A stretch of 64,000 nucleotides of DNA from Bacillus thermozeamaize (GCA_002159075.1 LZRT01000060.1:3475-67474), one strand, 5' to 3'; counted from the stretch's first letter, positions 1-9,707 are shown. Numbers and translations are program-made. The notes: generated by a model not told the origin, from the sequence alone.

Positions 1-902
1 CCTGGCTCGGCATCCTCCTGTTTGCCGTCAATATGACGCTGACACTGCTCAAGGCTGCCCAGTGGAATCCGGTCACGCTCAGTGCCGCGGGCGCGATGTT
101 CTATCTCGTGCTGACGGGGCTCGCCGGGGTTGCCATGGGTTTCAATTTCGCCTTCCATTTGTGGCCGGCTTGGCATGAAAGACTGTTTTACACCCATATT
201 TGGCTGGGAACGGTTGGCTGGTTCGGCTTGCTGATCACCGGTTTCAGCTACAAATTGCTGCCGATGTTCTATTTGGCCCACGGGGTGCCGGATCGAATGG
301 CGTACGCCGTCTTCTGTTTGTGGAACGCGGCGGTCCTGACGGGAGCCGTCGCCTTTCTGACGGCCGCGCCCTTTCCTGTTGTTCTTGTTGCCGCCAGTGT
401 GTTGACCTTGGCGGTGTACGCGTACAACCTCTACATCGAACAGGTCCGCAAAGCGCGTCACAAAAAAAGCCCTGGTGCCGGCGTGCTGGCGGCCGTCTAC
501 AGCGCCCGGGCGTTGGCCGTGTTCGGGACAGTGGCGATGGTCTATGCCCTGTTCGCTCCCGATCAGGCGATGGATGCAAGGGCGATGGTGATCCTCGGTT
601 GGGCATACCTGTGGGGCTGGGTGGTTCTGACGATTTTCGGATATTTGTCGAAGATTGTTCCTTTTCTTTGGTGGACGTACAAGTACGGACCCCGCGTCGG
701 CAAAGAGACGACCCCGACGATGGCCGACTTGCTGGAAGACCGTCACGTCGCTTACATGCTGACGGCTGTTGCGGCAAGCCTGATCGTGCTGATGGTCAGC
801 CTGCGAATGGGCAACATGGCATGGACGCAATGGAGCGGCGCGGCGCTTTCGCTATTCTCGCTGTCTTATGTGGGCTTGATGAGGTGGGTGTTTACCCGTT
901 GA
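1..902 (+). CDS. Integral membrane protein, 5'-partial (reading frame open to the window edge)
   Basis: The frame of ORF 33..902 stays open and hydrophobic back to nt 3 (WLGILLFAVN precedes the first Met). Several TM-like segments are present. No family motif was recognisable by eye. Confidence 0.5.
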   Translation, partial: WLGILLFAVNMTLTLLKAAQWNPVTLSAAGAMFYLVLTGLAGVAMGFNFAFHLWPAWHERLFYTHIWLGTVGWFGLLITGFSYKLLPMFYLAHGVPDRMAYAVFCLWNAAVLTGAVAFLTAAPFPVVLVAASVLTLAVYAYNLYIEQVRKARHKKSPGAGVLAAVYSARALAVFGTVAMVYALFAPDQAMDARAMVILGWAYLWGWVVLTIFGYLSKIVPFLWWTYKYGPRVGKETTPTMADLLEDRHVAYMLTAVAASLIVLMVSLRMGNMAWTQWSGAALSLFSLSYVGLMRWVFTR

Positions 903-934
903 TCACCTGGGAAGAAACACGGGAGGTGCTAGGA

Positions 935-1246
935 ATGGAAGCGGCAGACATCCGCGAGACGGAGATTCGGGAGTTGCTGAGACAGGTATACGACCCTGAA
1001 CTGGGCGTCAACATTGTCGATCTTGGGCTGGTGTACGAGATTCGCCTTGAGGACGGGGATGTCTATGTGCGCATGACGCTGACGACGCCGGGTTGTCCGA
1101 TGCACGACACCATTGCCGGCGGGGTTGAACGGTTGCTGCGGCTTCATCCGGGGATACGCTCCGTCAAGGTTGACGTCGTCTGGGATCCGCCATGGTCGCC
1201 CGGGATGATGTCGGAGGCAGCGAAAAAACATCTCGGCTTCGTTTAG
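935..1246 (+). CDS. DUF59-family Fe-S cluster assembly protein (SufT/PaaD-like)
   Basis: ATG at 935 is preceded by GGGAGG at 921-926. The sequence VYDPELGVNIVDLGLVY...MTLTTPGCP is the hallmark of the DUF59 family. The longer ORF 200..1246 is a composite frame. Confidence 0.8.
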   Translation: MEAADIRETEIRELLRQVYDPELGVNIVDLGLVYEIRLEDGDVYVRMTLTTPGCPMHDTIAGGVERLLRLHPGIRSVKVDVVWDPPWSPGMMSEAAKKHLGFV

Positions 1247-1446
1247 GCTGATCGTCGGCTTCGTTTCAGCTGATCGCCGTTCCGGCCCTGCTGTGCCCGG
1301 CCCTTTTTGTTTTTGGACTTGAAGGCATGTTGACGACGCTCCCCTCCAGGCAGTATAGTTCAGACAGCGTTGTTTAAGAATGGAATATTTGTTAGGGCAG
1401 GAAAATTTATGCTGCACAACCGAGGTATGGGAGGGATCAGGTCGTC

Positions 1447-1773
1447 ATGAAACCGTTCTTGTATTTGCTGTTGGCTATCATCAGTGAAGTGATCGCGACC
1501 TCTTCGCTGAAAGCATCCCAGGGGTTTACCCGCTGGTGGCCCAGTTTATGGGTTGTGATTGGTTACGGAGCCGCGTTTTATTTGTTGTCACTGAGCCTAA
1601 AACACATCCCACTCGGCATCGCATATGCGATCTGGTCGGGCTTGGGGACGGTGGGCGTGGTGGTAATCGGCCTTATCGTTTGGCGCGAGACGCTGAACGT
1701 ATACAGCGTGATCGGGATTGCGCTGATCCTGATTGGCACCGTGATCCTGAATTTGACCAAAGTGGAGGCGTGA
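1447..1773 (+). CDS. SMR-family small multidrug/cation efflux protein (EmrE/SugE-like)
   Basis: 108 aa with four TM segments, a conserved membrane Glu in TM1 (AIISEVIATSSLK) and the typical length and topology of SMR proteins. Confidence 0.85.
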   Translation: MKPFLYLLLAIISEVIATSSLKASQGFTRWWPSLWVVIGYGAAFYLLSLSLKHIPLGIAYAIWSGLGTVGVVVIGLIVWRETLNVYSVIGIALILIGTVILNLTKVEA

Positions 1774-1796
1774 ATCGAGCGAAAGGGGGAAGCGAC

Positions 1797-2522
1797 ATGC
1801 ATGTCCTCTTATCGAGGCACAATATTTCTTCGAGCAGTCAGATCCGATCTTATTTTAGCGAAGAAAACCTGAACCTGTTAATTGAAAACATGTATCTCAA
1901 GAAACTGGGAACAGGCTCGTACCTCTTCATGGAAGGCGACCCCTCCGACCGTCTGTTTTATGTGTATCAAGGCAAAATAAAAATCACCAAGCAGACCCCG
2001 GGAGGAAAAGAGTTTATTCTCTATTTTCTTCAAGATGGAGACATTTACGGAGAGATTGGTGATAAGAACGAAGTCCAGCACAACTGTTCTGCCTATGTCA
2101 TGGAAGACAGCGTCGTCGGCATTCTTCAGCAAAGTGATCTCGAGATCCTGCTTTACCGGCATGGGGATCTTGCCACTCAATTCGTCAAATGGATGGGAAT
2201 GATGAATCGCAAGACACAATCCAAATTCCGCGATTTGCTGTTATACGGCAAGCCCGGAGCCCTTTGTTCCACCCTGATCCGCTTGACCAACACCTGCGGC
2301 GTGGAGATCGAAGAGGGCATTCTGATCAGCCTCAGGCTGACCCATTCGGAACTGGCAAATATGATCGGCACGACACGGGAGAGCGTAAACCGGATTCTCA
2401 ATGATTTGAAAAGCCAGGATGTCATCGGGTATCATGATGGAAGTATCGTTGTCAAGGACTTGGATTATCTAAGGAATATCTGCCACTGTGGAGACTGTCC
2501 GGCAGAGATCTGCCGCATTTAA
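1797..2522 (+). CDS. fnr: Crp/Fnr-family transcriptional regulator, Bacillus-type Fnr (C-terminal Cys cluster)
   Basis: N-terminal cNMP-binding-like beta-barrel (YLFMEGDPSDRLFYVYQGKIKI). HTH segment THSELANMIGTTRESVNRILNDL. The C-terminal CHCGDCPAEIC resembles the C-terminal Fe-S ligands of Bacillus Fnr. ATG at 1797 is in frame with ORF 1536..2522. Confidence 0.75.
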   Translation: MHVLLSRHNISSSSQIRSYFSEENLNLLIENMYLKKLGTGSYLFMEGDPSDRLFYVYQGKIKITKQTPGGKEFILYFLQDGDIYGEIGDKNEVQHNCSAYVMEDSVVGILQQSDLEILLYRHGDLATQFVKWMGMMNRKTQSKFRDLLLYGKPGALCSTLIRLTNTCGVEIEEGILISLRLTHSELANMIGTTRESVNRILNDLKSQDVIGYHDGSIVVKDLDYLRNICHCGDCPAEICRI

Positions 2523-2611
2523 ATGGACGTGGCGGAAATTCTTGTATGCTTCTCTTAAATGTAGAAGGTTTGGAGAACCAACTCTCTCTGAAGCATGCAC
2601 AAGGCTGATCA

Positions 2612-3709
2612 TCACCTTGGCCTCAGCGCTTTGGGAATGTAAATGCAGCAAGGCTCGCTCTCCAGGTAATCTCCTGTAACGGCATAAGCTCTTGATCTGG
2701 AACCCCCGCAGACATGGCGAAATTCGCACACCCCGCATTTCCCCTTATACTGATCGGGATCGCGCAAACTCTTGAAAATGGGCGATTCTCTGTAGATTGT
2801 TGCCAGCTCTTGTTCCCTCACATTTCCCGCCTTCACCGGCAGGAACCCGCTGGGATATACATCGCCGATATGGGAGACAAAGAGAAATCCATTCCCGTCG
2901 TTTACCCCTCTCGGCGCCCGTCCCAGTCCATCAACATTGGAAGTGACCTTCTGCGGAATCCAGGCTGGGTTCATCCGCTTTAGGCCGTTTTCCTCCTTCA
3001 TTTTTTGCAAGAGTACGCGACGGTAGTGTTGCGCGGCCGTCGTCTTGATGTCAAAGGGAACGGTCTTGCCAATCTGATATAACCACTCAAACACTTCCTC
3101 ATGCTGCACGGGAGTGATCATATCTCTTGCCGATCCCCTTCCCGTAGGAACGAGGAAAAAGAGGCTCCAAAGAACAACGTCCAGCTTTTTCACCAATTCC
3201 AGCATGTTTTCCAAATCGTGAAGATTGTACCGGGAAACGGTGGTATTAATCTGCAGCGGGATTTCCAGTTCATGGAGATATGCAATCGCCCGCATGGTCA
3301 AGTCATAAGACCCACTGGTTCCGCGAAACCTGTCGTGAATTTCTGCCGTTGACCCGTCCAGGCTCAATGCCCACCGGGATAAGCCAATCTCTTTCGCCTT
3401 TTGGATTGCTTCCTTGGTTACCCTGGGCGTAGCGCTCGGCGTCATCGACAGGCGAAGCCCTTTTTTGATGGCGTATTCCGCCAGGTCATACAGATCCTCG
3501 CGCATCAGGGGATCTCCGCCCGTAAAGACGAGCAGGGGGTTATCCATCTCATAAATTTGATCGATCAGTTTTTTCCCCTCTTCATAAGTAAGCTCCCTCG
3601 GATCACGGCGGTACTGGGCTTCTGCCCTGCAGTGGAGGCACTTTAACGCACAAGCACGCGTCAGCTCCCAAATGACGATAAAGGGATTCTCATGATAATT
3701 TTTTGTCAA
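2612..3709 (-). CDS. Radical SAM/SPASM-domain protein (NirJ/AhbD-like)
   Basis: CxxxCxxC motif in TRACALKCLHCRAEA. C-terminal SPASM-type Cys cluster GKCGVCEFRHVCGGSRSRA...CCIY. TTG start at 3709 has a GAGGTGA RBS 6 nt upstream. Confidence 0.8.
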   Translation of the reverse strand: MTKNYHENPFIVIWELTRACALKCLHCRAEAQYRRDPRELTYEEGKKLIDQIYEMDNPLLVFTGGDPLMREDLYDLAEYAIKKGLRLSMTPSATPRVTKEAIQKAKEIGLSRWALSLDGSTAEIHDRFRGTSGSYDLTMRAIAYLHELEIPLQINTTVSRYNLHDLENMLELVKKLDVVLWSLFFLVPTGRGSARDMITPVQHEEVFEWLYQIGKTVPFDIKTTAAQHYRRVLLQKMKEENGLKRMNPAWIPQKVTSNVDGLGRAPRGVNDGNGFLFVSHIGDVYPSGFLPVKAGNVREQELATIYRESPIFKSLRDPDQYKGKCGVCEFRHVCGGSRSRAYAVTGDYLESEPCCIYIPKALRPR

Positions 3710-3780
3710 AGCAAATCACCTCTGGTGGTTGATCAATCCGTTTGTCTTTCTTAATGATAACCCTTGCTTTTTCCGGCTTC

Positions 3781-3796
3781 TGTGAATTGGATCACG
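3781..3796 (-). promoter_or_regulatory. Crp/Fnr-type box TGTGA-N6-TCACG upstream of the radical SAM gene
   Basis: The sequence tgtgaattggatcacg has 1 mismatch to the TGTGA-N6-TCACA palindrome. A -10-like TATCAT on the minus strand (3759-3754) lies 32 bp centre-to-centre downstream, which is class-II Fnr promoter geometry. Confidence 0.5.
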
Positions 3797-3821
3797 AGCG
3801 ATTCCACCAAAAAATCCCATC

Positions 3822-4505
3822 TCACCGGGAAAGGGGAACGGGATTAAAATGCGCAGACTCCAGGCGAAATTCTTCCACAGGCCATTTGCTTGCTTTCCCC
3901 TCGTGCAAGAACAACACATGGGTGGCCACTTCTCTCACCTCATGGAGGTGATGGGAAGAAAAGAGAATCGTTTTCCCCAGACTTTTCATCTCCTTCATGC
4001 TCTGGATAATTTCCCTCCTTCCGAACGGATCGATCCCGGAAGTGGGTTCATCCAAAAAAATCAGATCCGCATCGCGCAATAAGGCAAGGCCTAATCCCAG
4101 CCTCTGCAGCATTCCTTTGGAAAGCTGTCGCACTTTTTTCCCTTTGTGATGGATGAGTCCCATCTGTGTCAACACACGTTCCACTTTGTCCTTCCCGACC
4201 TTTTCCAGAGAAGCGAAAAATTCCATGTTTTCTTGGACGGTCAATTGGGAGTAAAGCTGAAAATGCTCCGGCAGGTAAGAGACGTGCTTTTTCCACTTGT
4301 CCGTTTTGGCAATGTCGTATCTGCAAATGGTCACCTTGCCGTGCTTTAATGGCAACAGGCCTAGCAGCGTTTGCAACAGGGTGGATTTCCCGGCGCCATT
4401 TTGGCCGACGATGGCGCATACTTCATTTGGCGCAATGGCAAAGCTGACATCGGTGAAGATCGGTTGACGGCCGTAATACTGGCAAATTCTTTCCACGTGA
4501 ATCAT
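3822..4505 (-). CDS. nosF: ABC transporter ATP-binding protein NosF
   Basis: Walker A GQNGAGKST, signature LSKGMLQR, Walker B LIFLDEPTSG. ATGA overlap with upstream nosY. Its position in the nosDYF cluster supports the call. Confidence 0.75.
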   Translation of the reverse strand: MIHVERICQYYGRQPIFTDVSFAIAPNEVCAIVGQNGAGKSTLLQTLLGLLPLKHGKVTICRYDIAKTDKWKKHVSYLPEHFQLYSQLTVQENMEFFASLEKVGKDKVERVLTQMGLIHHKGKKVRQLSKGMLQRLGLGLALLRDADLIFLDEPTSGIDPFGRREIIQSMKEMKSLGKTILFSSHHLHEVREVATHVLFLHEGKASKWPVEEFRLESAHFNPVPLSR

Positions 4506-5302
4506 TCCCGTATCCCCTTTCGCTTCAGCACAAGATGACTGATGATGATGGAGACGCCTGCCCAGAACAGGAAGTTGGCGGCCAAGACCAGCCTTGGGGA
4601 CCTGAACAAGACCTGGTTGAAGATGGCACTGTTCCGATCAAGGGGATAGAAACCCAGCTGAACGGACAAAAAGTATTCGATCGCGTGGACGGGAGAGAAA
4701 AAATAGAAGAGGGAGAAGAAAAAGAGCTCATCCGTTCCGATGCCGGGAATGACATAAATCAAAACCAGGTCGTAAACATAGAGAAAGCCGGCCCAAATCA
4801 GGAGGCATACGGCAAAAGCCGCCATTTTATGATTCATGGCCACGCCCACGCAAATCCCGATTTGTGCAAAAACGGCCGATAACGCCAAAATGGAAAGCAA
4901 AAATGCGAGAAAAGGGAGAAAATCGGCTTGCAGGAACAAGCGGCTGATCAGCAGAACAAGAAAATAGCTGCTTAAAATCATGCTGAACAGGATCAAATGG
5001 ATGGAGATAGACTTTTCGAGCAAAAAGCGCAACGGTGAAAAATGGCTGGACAATAAAACGAACAGCGTCCTTTGGGATTTTTCCTGCAATACCAGCATGG
5101 AGGAGACGATCAATGCCATGAACGGAACAAAATAGAGATTGATGCGAAACAAAGGCATGAGCGCGGCGGAAAAACGGATATCGCCTTGCAAATGGGTGAC
5201 TTGCCACAGGATGAGCAAAGAGACAAACGCGATCATCCCCGAACCAATCCAATAAAGATGGCTCCGGTATACTTCCTTCCAGTCTTTCAACAAGAGGCTC
5301 AT
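4502..5302 (-). CDS. nosY: ABC-2 type permease NosY
   Basis: 266-aa polytopic membrane protein between nosD and nosF, translationally coupled to nosF. Confidence 0.7.
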   Translation of the reverse strand: MSLLLKDWKEVYRSHLYWIGSGMIAFVSLLILWQVTHLQGDIRFSAALMPLFRINLYFVPFMALIVSSMLVLQEKSQRTLFVLLSSHFSPLRFLLEKSISIHLILFSMILSSYFLVLLISRLFLQADFLPFLAFLLSILALSAVFAQIGICVGVAMNHKMAAFAVCLLIWAGFLYVYDLVLIYVIPGIGTDELFFFSLFYFFSPVHAIEYFLSVQLGFYPLDRNSAIFNQVLFRSPRLVLAANFLFWAGVSIIISHLVLKRKGIRE

Positions 5303-5330
5303 GCGGCTTTCCCTTCTTTCCGGACGTTAT

Positions 5331-6626
5331 TCAAGCTTTCCTGATTCTTCGGAGCAACAACACACCGGCAACGGCTGGAATCAGGAAAACGAACGCGAAA
5401 ATGCCGTTCCACTCCCGTTGCATGACCAGCGGATACGGATCAACCAACGGTTCCCGGTCCTTCATGAAGATTTTTTCGATCTTCTCATACACGTCAATCG
5501 CAGGGCTGTGAATCAACAAATACCCCAAAGGATATCGCGTGATGAATTCCCCGAATGAGGAAGCGTATTCATAGGGTTGATCCACGATCCCGTCCTGATC
5601 CAAATCGAAACCGGCCTGATCGGACCAGGCATTTCTCACCCATTGGTTTCGGCCAGGCTGGCCGTATGTGGTCACTTGGATCGTATTTTCCAGCAATTGA
5701 TTCTGTGCCAGGATATTGTGGACGGAACTGGTCCAGATTTCAACGCCGATATTGTTGTACGAGATCTCGTTGTCAAGGATTTTGTTCCGGTTGGATTGAT
5801 CAAGAAAAATGCCTTTATGGTTTAAGGTCACGATATTGCCTTTCATCACGACCTCATTGCTCGTCTGAAACAACACCCCAAAGGACCGGAGCGTCTGATG
5901 ACCGTAAAACTGATTCTTTTCCAGCACGATATCGTTGGAATACATGATCGCGGCTCCGCCGATGTTGTCATAAAAAAGGTTGTGATAAAACCGGTTATGG
6001 TTGGAGTACATGTAATGAAGCCCGTAGCGGTTGTCGTGCAAGTCGTTTCCTTCCACCAAGGTTCGTTCGGAATAGGAAAAATAGATTCCGTCCCTGGTGT
6101 TCTTGATTTCGTTCTTGATAATCCGATTGTCCTTGGAATGGAAAAGGTGAAAGCCGTTCCCCCGGCTCGATCGGGGAAGACGCCCATTACCTTCAATCGT
6201 ACACCCTTGGATGAGGTTGTTTGAACTTTCCTCAAGATAGATGCCGTGCAGAGATTCGGATATCTTCAGACGGATCAGGCGGTTGCCGTCGGACAACACC
6301 TTGACGGCCGCCTGATCTTGTTCCAACGAGGTCCCGCTGCCCGTGACGGTCAGGTTTTTCAAGGTCACATTGGGCGCGGTAACGGTGATGACGGTATCTT
6401 TGCCGGAACCTTTGATCACCACGTTCCCATTGCCGATCAAGGAAATTGGTTTATCGATCACCAGATCCCCCTCATAAATCCCTTCCTGAACCTCAATCCG
6501 TTCTCCTTCTTTTGCCTGTTGGATGACCTGCTGCAAGGGATTGGGAGTGGAGGCCAAGACCTCTCCTTGGACCATCAGGCTGATGCTGCCGACCAGGACA
6601 ATCGTGAGCAAGATGCGCAGTTTCAT
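5331..6626 (-). CDS. nosD: Nitrous-oxide reductase maturation protein NosD (periplasmic parallel beta-helix)
   Basis: Signal peptide, then repeated beta-helix units (NxIxxNxI-type: NNLIQGCTIEGN, NRIIKNEIKN, NHNRFYHNLFYDN, and others). ATG at 6626 has a GAGGGAAGG RBS and an ATGA overlap with the preceding gene. The ORF track begins at TTG 6644. Confidence 0.8.
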   Translation of the reverse strand: MKLRILLTIVLVGSISLMVQGEVLASTPNPLQQVIQQAKEGERIEVQEGIYEGDLVIDKPISLIGNGNVVIKGSGKDTVITVTAPNVTLKNLTVTGSGTSLEQDQAAVKVLSDGNRLIRLKISESLHGIYLEESSNNLIQGCTIEGNGRLPRSSRGNGFHLFHSKDNRIIKNEIKNTRDGIYFSYSERTLVEGNDLHDNRYGLHYMYSNHNRFYHNLFYDNIGGAAIMYSNDIVLEKNQFYGHQTLRSFGVLFQTSNEVVMKGNIVTLNHKGIFLDQSNRNKILDNEISYNNIGVEIWTSSVHNILAQNQLLENTIQVTTYGQPGRNQWVRNAWSDQAGFDLDQDGIVDQPYEYASSFGEFITRYPLGYLLIHSPAIDVYEKIEKIFMKDREPLVDPYPLVMQREWNGIFAFVFLIPAVAGVLLLRRIRKA

Positions 6627-7243
6627 CTTTCCTTCCCTCTCCAATACACCAGAATCAAGATGAGAAAGGCGAGGGCAGCAAGAAAAGCTCCATAGCTGAA
6701 AAAGGACAAGGTTGTAAAGTTGGCCAGTTTGTTTGTGCCAAGTACCGGCGGCACAAACGGATCGATCTGAATCGGCGCATGAGGATCCAACTCGGTTCCG
6801 TATTTCTTCAGCCAGCGATAAATGTCATAAAGACCGAGCGCGCCTCCGAAGGCGAACACGAACAGCCAAACCAGCAAGAACTTCCGGCGGCGAAACAGGC
6901 CAATCCATGCCGTCATTACGGCCATTGACCCAACCACATAAGGAAGATAGGAAAGTTCGGAGAAGGATTCCTCGCTGAATTCCGCCATGCCGATGTAGTG
7001 GTTCAAGCCGTTGATAATATCCAGCTGGCCTTCCAATTTATACGGATAGACGTAGATGTACAGTCCCTCCTGATATTGGGGTGCGGTCAGTTTCATCCCC
7101 CACCAGGGAAGAAAGATGGAGACGAAAAGCAGCAAGGCGGCGACAAGAACACCGATGCTTCCTTTTTTTGATATTTTATCCACGTCAATCACTCCCAGAT
7201 TGTGGGAACAGGCATTCCTGAGAGGTCTCAAGAATGCCATCAT
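6623..7243 (-). CDS. Membrane protein directly downstream of nosZ (NosB-like, clade-II nos clusters)
   Basis: Polytopic membrane protein at the position occupied by nosB in clade-II clusters. The probable true start is GTG 7183 (GGGAG RBS 8 nt upstream). Function is assigned by context only. Confidence 0.5.
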   Translation of the reverse strand: MMAFLRPLRNACSHNLGVIDVDKISKKGSIGVLVAALLLFVSIFLPWWGMKLTAPQYQEGLYIYVYPYKLEGQLDIINGLNHYIGMAEFSEESFSELSYLPYVVGSMAVMTAWIGLFRRRKFLLVWLFVFAFGGALGLYDIYRWLKKYGTELDPHAPIQIDPFVPPVLGTNKLANFTTLSFFSYGAFLAALAFLILILVYWRGKER

Positions 7244-7249
7244 CCTTTT

Positions 7250-9118
7250 CTATTTGGGTTCAACCAGGAGGTAACCCGTCATTTCCTGGTGCATGGCGGA
7301 ACAGAAGTTGGTGCAGTAAATGGGATATACGCCGGCTTTATCGGCCGTGATCTCCATCGTCTTGGTTTCGCCGGGCTGAATCTCCATGTTCTCATTCAAA
7401 CCGTTCAGGGCAAAACCATGGGTAATATCCTCATCAAGGTCCAGGTTGGTGATGTGGAAAATAACCTTGTCCCCTTCCTTTACCTTGACGACGTCGGGGA
7501 GGTTCGATTTCGCGTCAAAGACAAAGCGTGAACGGATGGCCACGCCGTAGACATGGACCGTATTCCCGTCCCGGACGATGCGAGCCTCTTCCTTGCTCCA
7601 AACGGCATTCTCACGATTGGGATCCTTGTCCAGAACTTCCTTGGTCTTGATCTTGTCCGCCTTGATAATCTGTCCGTAATGGGGCTCCGGCTGGGACGGA
7701 GCGATGCCCAAAACCTCCATCTTGTTGCCGGTGATGTCGATCAGTTCGAAGCTTTCCGGATGGGACGGCCCGACGGACAAGAAGCTGTCCTTCGAAATCT
7801 TGTTCAGAGATACCAGGTATTTTCCGTCCGGTGAAACCGTGTCCCCTTCGGCGCCAACCAGGTGTCCCGGCGCATAATGCACATCCGCTTTATCGATGAT
7901 TTCGCCGGTTTGCAGGTTCCACTTCACGACTTGAGAGTCGATGAAGAGCGTGGTGTATGCATTTCCTTTGTCGTCAAACTGGGTATGAAGCGGCCCCAAG
8001 CCAACTTCCACTTCCCGTTCGACAACGCTTTCATATTTTAAGATGGGCAGGCCTTGCGCTTCGCCCTGAATATCATTGTTTTCGATCGCCTTCATCATTT
8101 TTTCAAAGCTGTAAACCGTCACGGTCGGCGACAGCTTGCCGCTCGCAATGAAGTATTTTCCGTCTGGAGTGACGTCCACGCCGTGCGGCGATTTGGCAAC
8201 CGGAATCAGATAGACGGTGCCCGGAGCTTTGAGCGGATCAAACATCTTGACGCCGTTGACTTCGGTGTAATTTCCCTTGTTGACTTCTTCCTCGATTTTT
8301 TTCCAGTTGAAGACGACGATGTAATCCCGGTCATTCTGGGAGGCGTTCATTTCAAGCGTGGTGACCGCCTCTTCAGTATTGTACGTGCTCAAGAATCCCC
8401 AGCCGTCTGACGGGCCTTTTCCTGCGTCGGACAAATCGTATGACCATGGCGGCAGGAGCACCTGGAAGGCGATATTCAGCTTTTTGTTTTTAAAATCAGG
8501 TTTTACCGCCGTCATGACGCCTTTGTATTTCTGACTGAACTGATTTAGATCCGCATACCCGTCAATCGGTACGCTGAAGCGCGTGGGCATGAAAAAGTAT
8601 TCGGAATTGGGTGTGACAAAGGCCGCACAGTGGGGGCCGGAGATATTGGGAATCTTGATGATGTCTTTTGTTGTGAAGGTTTCCAGATCCACATAGGCCG
8701 CCCGGTTGTTGCCCACGTCGGTGGCAAACAGGGCTCTGCCGTCATATTCGCCGTTGGTTTCCGAAAGGGCCGGATGGTGCAAATCGCCCCAGGTGTATCC
8801 GCCCAGCATCTCCTTCGATTCTTTGTCAAAACCGTAACCGGTTGCCGGATCCGGGCTGAAAACCGGCACAATGCGAATCAGCCTCATCGATGGCAAGCCG
8901 TATACGAAGAGCTGGCCTGAATGCCCACCGGAAGCCATCAGATAATATTCATCGAGCTTCCCTTGCGGAACGTAAACTTTTTCGGCTTTCGTTTGGGCAT
9001 AAGAGGTGGTCTGGGAGATGTTGCCCGTACCATCCGTATTGAGAAAAAAGATTGCGGCTGCGAGAAACCCTGCCGTCAACCCTAAGGCGATCGAACCGAT
9101 CTCTTTTTTCCTGAGCAT
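7250..9118 (-). CDS. nosZ: Nitrous-oxide reductase NosZ, clade II (Sec-type N-terminus)
   Basis: C-terminal CuA site CTNFCSAMHQEM. GDLHHP His pair of the CuZ propeller. The N-terminus MLRKKEIGSIALGLTAGFLAAAIFF lacks a twin-arginine motif. 622 aa. Confidence 0.92.
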   Translation of the reverse strand: MLRKKEIGSIALGLTAGFLAAAIFFLNTDGTGNISQTTSYAQTKAEKVYVPQGKLDEYYLMASGGHSGQLFVYGLPSMRLIRIVPVFSPDPATGYGFDKESKEMLGGYTWGDLHHPALSETNGEYDGRALFATDVGNNRAAYVDLETFTTKDIIKIPNISGPHCAAFVTPNSEYFFMPTRFSVPIDGYADLNQFSQKYKGVMTAVKPDFKNKKLNIAFQVLLPPWSYDLSDAGKGPSDGWGFLSTYNTEEAVTTLEMNASQNDRDYIVVFNWKKIEEEVNKGNYTEVNGVKMFDPLKAPGTVYLIPVAKSPHGVDVTPDGKYFIASGKLSPTVTVYSFEKMMKAIENNDIQGEAQGLPILKYESVVEREVEVGLGPLHTQFDDKGNAYTTLFIDSQVVKWNLQTGEIIDKADVHYAPGHLVGAEGDTVSPDGKYLVSLNKISKDSFLSVGPSHPESFELIDITGNKMEVLGIAPSQPEPHYGQIIKADKIKTKEVLDKDPNRENAVWSKEEARIVRDGNTVHVYGVAIRSRFVFDAKSNLPDVVKVKEGDKVIFHITNLDLDEDITHGFALNGLNENMEIQPGETKTMEITADKAGVYPIYCTNFCSAMHQEMTGYLLVEPK

Positions 9119-9133
9119 GGTCCAACCTCCATT

Positions 9134-9598
9134 TTATTTTTCGCTTATGGTTTTCAACGCTTCGACAATCTTGTTCAACTCTTCGTCGGATAACGGTTTT
9201 CCCTTGATGACCGAACTCATGACGGCCGTCGTCGGTTCTTTCAAGAATTCATCCAAAGATTTTCCGTGCTTTGCGAGAACTTCCGCATAAGCATTGGATA
9301 AATCCGGACCTGTCTGGCCTCCCTTCACGTCATATGCGCTGACTGAGTGGCATTGGACACAACCGGCCTGCACAAAAATTTCCCCTCCCGTTTTTACATT
9401 GGAAACAGCCGGCTGATCATGCTGTTCGGTCATATGCTCGGTTGTGTGCTCCGCATCGTCGGTTTGCGTTTGGTCTTGCTGCTCTTCTACGACAGCCGTG
9501 TTTGTTGAATCTGCTTGCTTTTCATTCCCTGTAAAGAGATACACGCCGCTGAAGCCAACCAGAAAACTCAAGACAAACAACCCGATGATCCGGTACAA
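9134..9598 (-). CDS. Membrane-anchored c-type cytochrome (NosC-like)
   Basis: Heme-binding CVQCH motif. TTG at 9598 has an AAAGGAGG RBS 8 nt upstream and gives an N-terminal TM anchor (YRIIGLFVLSFLVGF). The ORF track extends to GTG 9655. A GGAGG RBS for nosZ follows 15 nt after the stop. Confidence 0.7.
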   Translation of the reverse strand: MYRIIGLFVLSFLVGFSGVYLFTGNEKQADSTNTAVVEEQQDQTQTDDAEHTTEHMTEQHDQPAVSNVKTGGEIFVQAGCVQCHSVSAYDVKGGQTGPDLSNAYAEVLAKHGKSLDEFLKEPTTAVMSSVIKGKPLSDEELNKIVEALKTISEK

Positions 9599-9707
9599 CG
9601 ATTTTTCCTCCTTTCTTTTGCTTGATGGGAAACATGTCGGGCCCTTCGCGTCCACCTCCTTTTTTCACCTTGCAAGCCCAGTATAAGGAAGGCAAACCAC
9701 TTCTCTC

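Noticed and set aside
200-1246. 348-aa ORF spanning the membrane-protein gene and the DUF59 gene
   Set aside because: Only the last 104 codons (from ATG 935 with a GGGAGG RBS) look like a real protein. The upstream part is an Arg/Gly-rich alternative frame of the membrane-protein gene.
1247-1446. Possible guanidine riboswitch upstream of the SMR gene
   Set aside because: I found no ykkC, mini-ykkC (paired ACGR hairpins) or guanidine-III consensus elements in the 200-nt leader.
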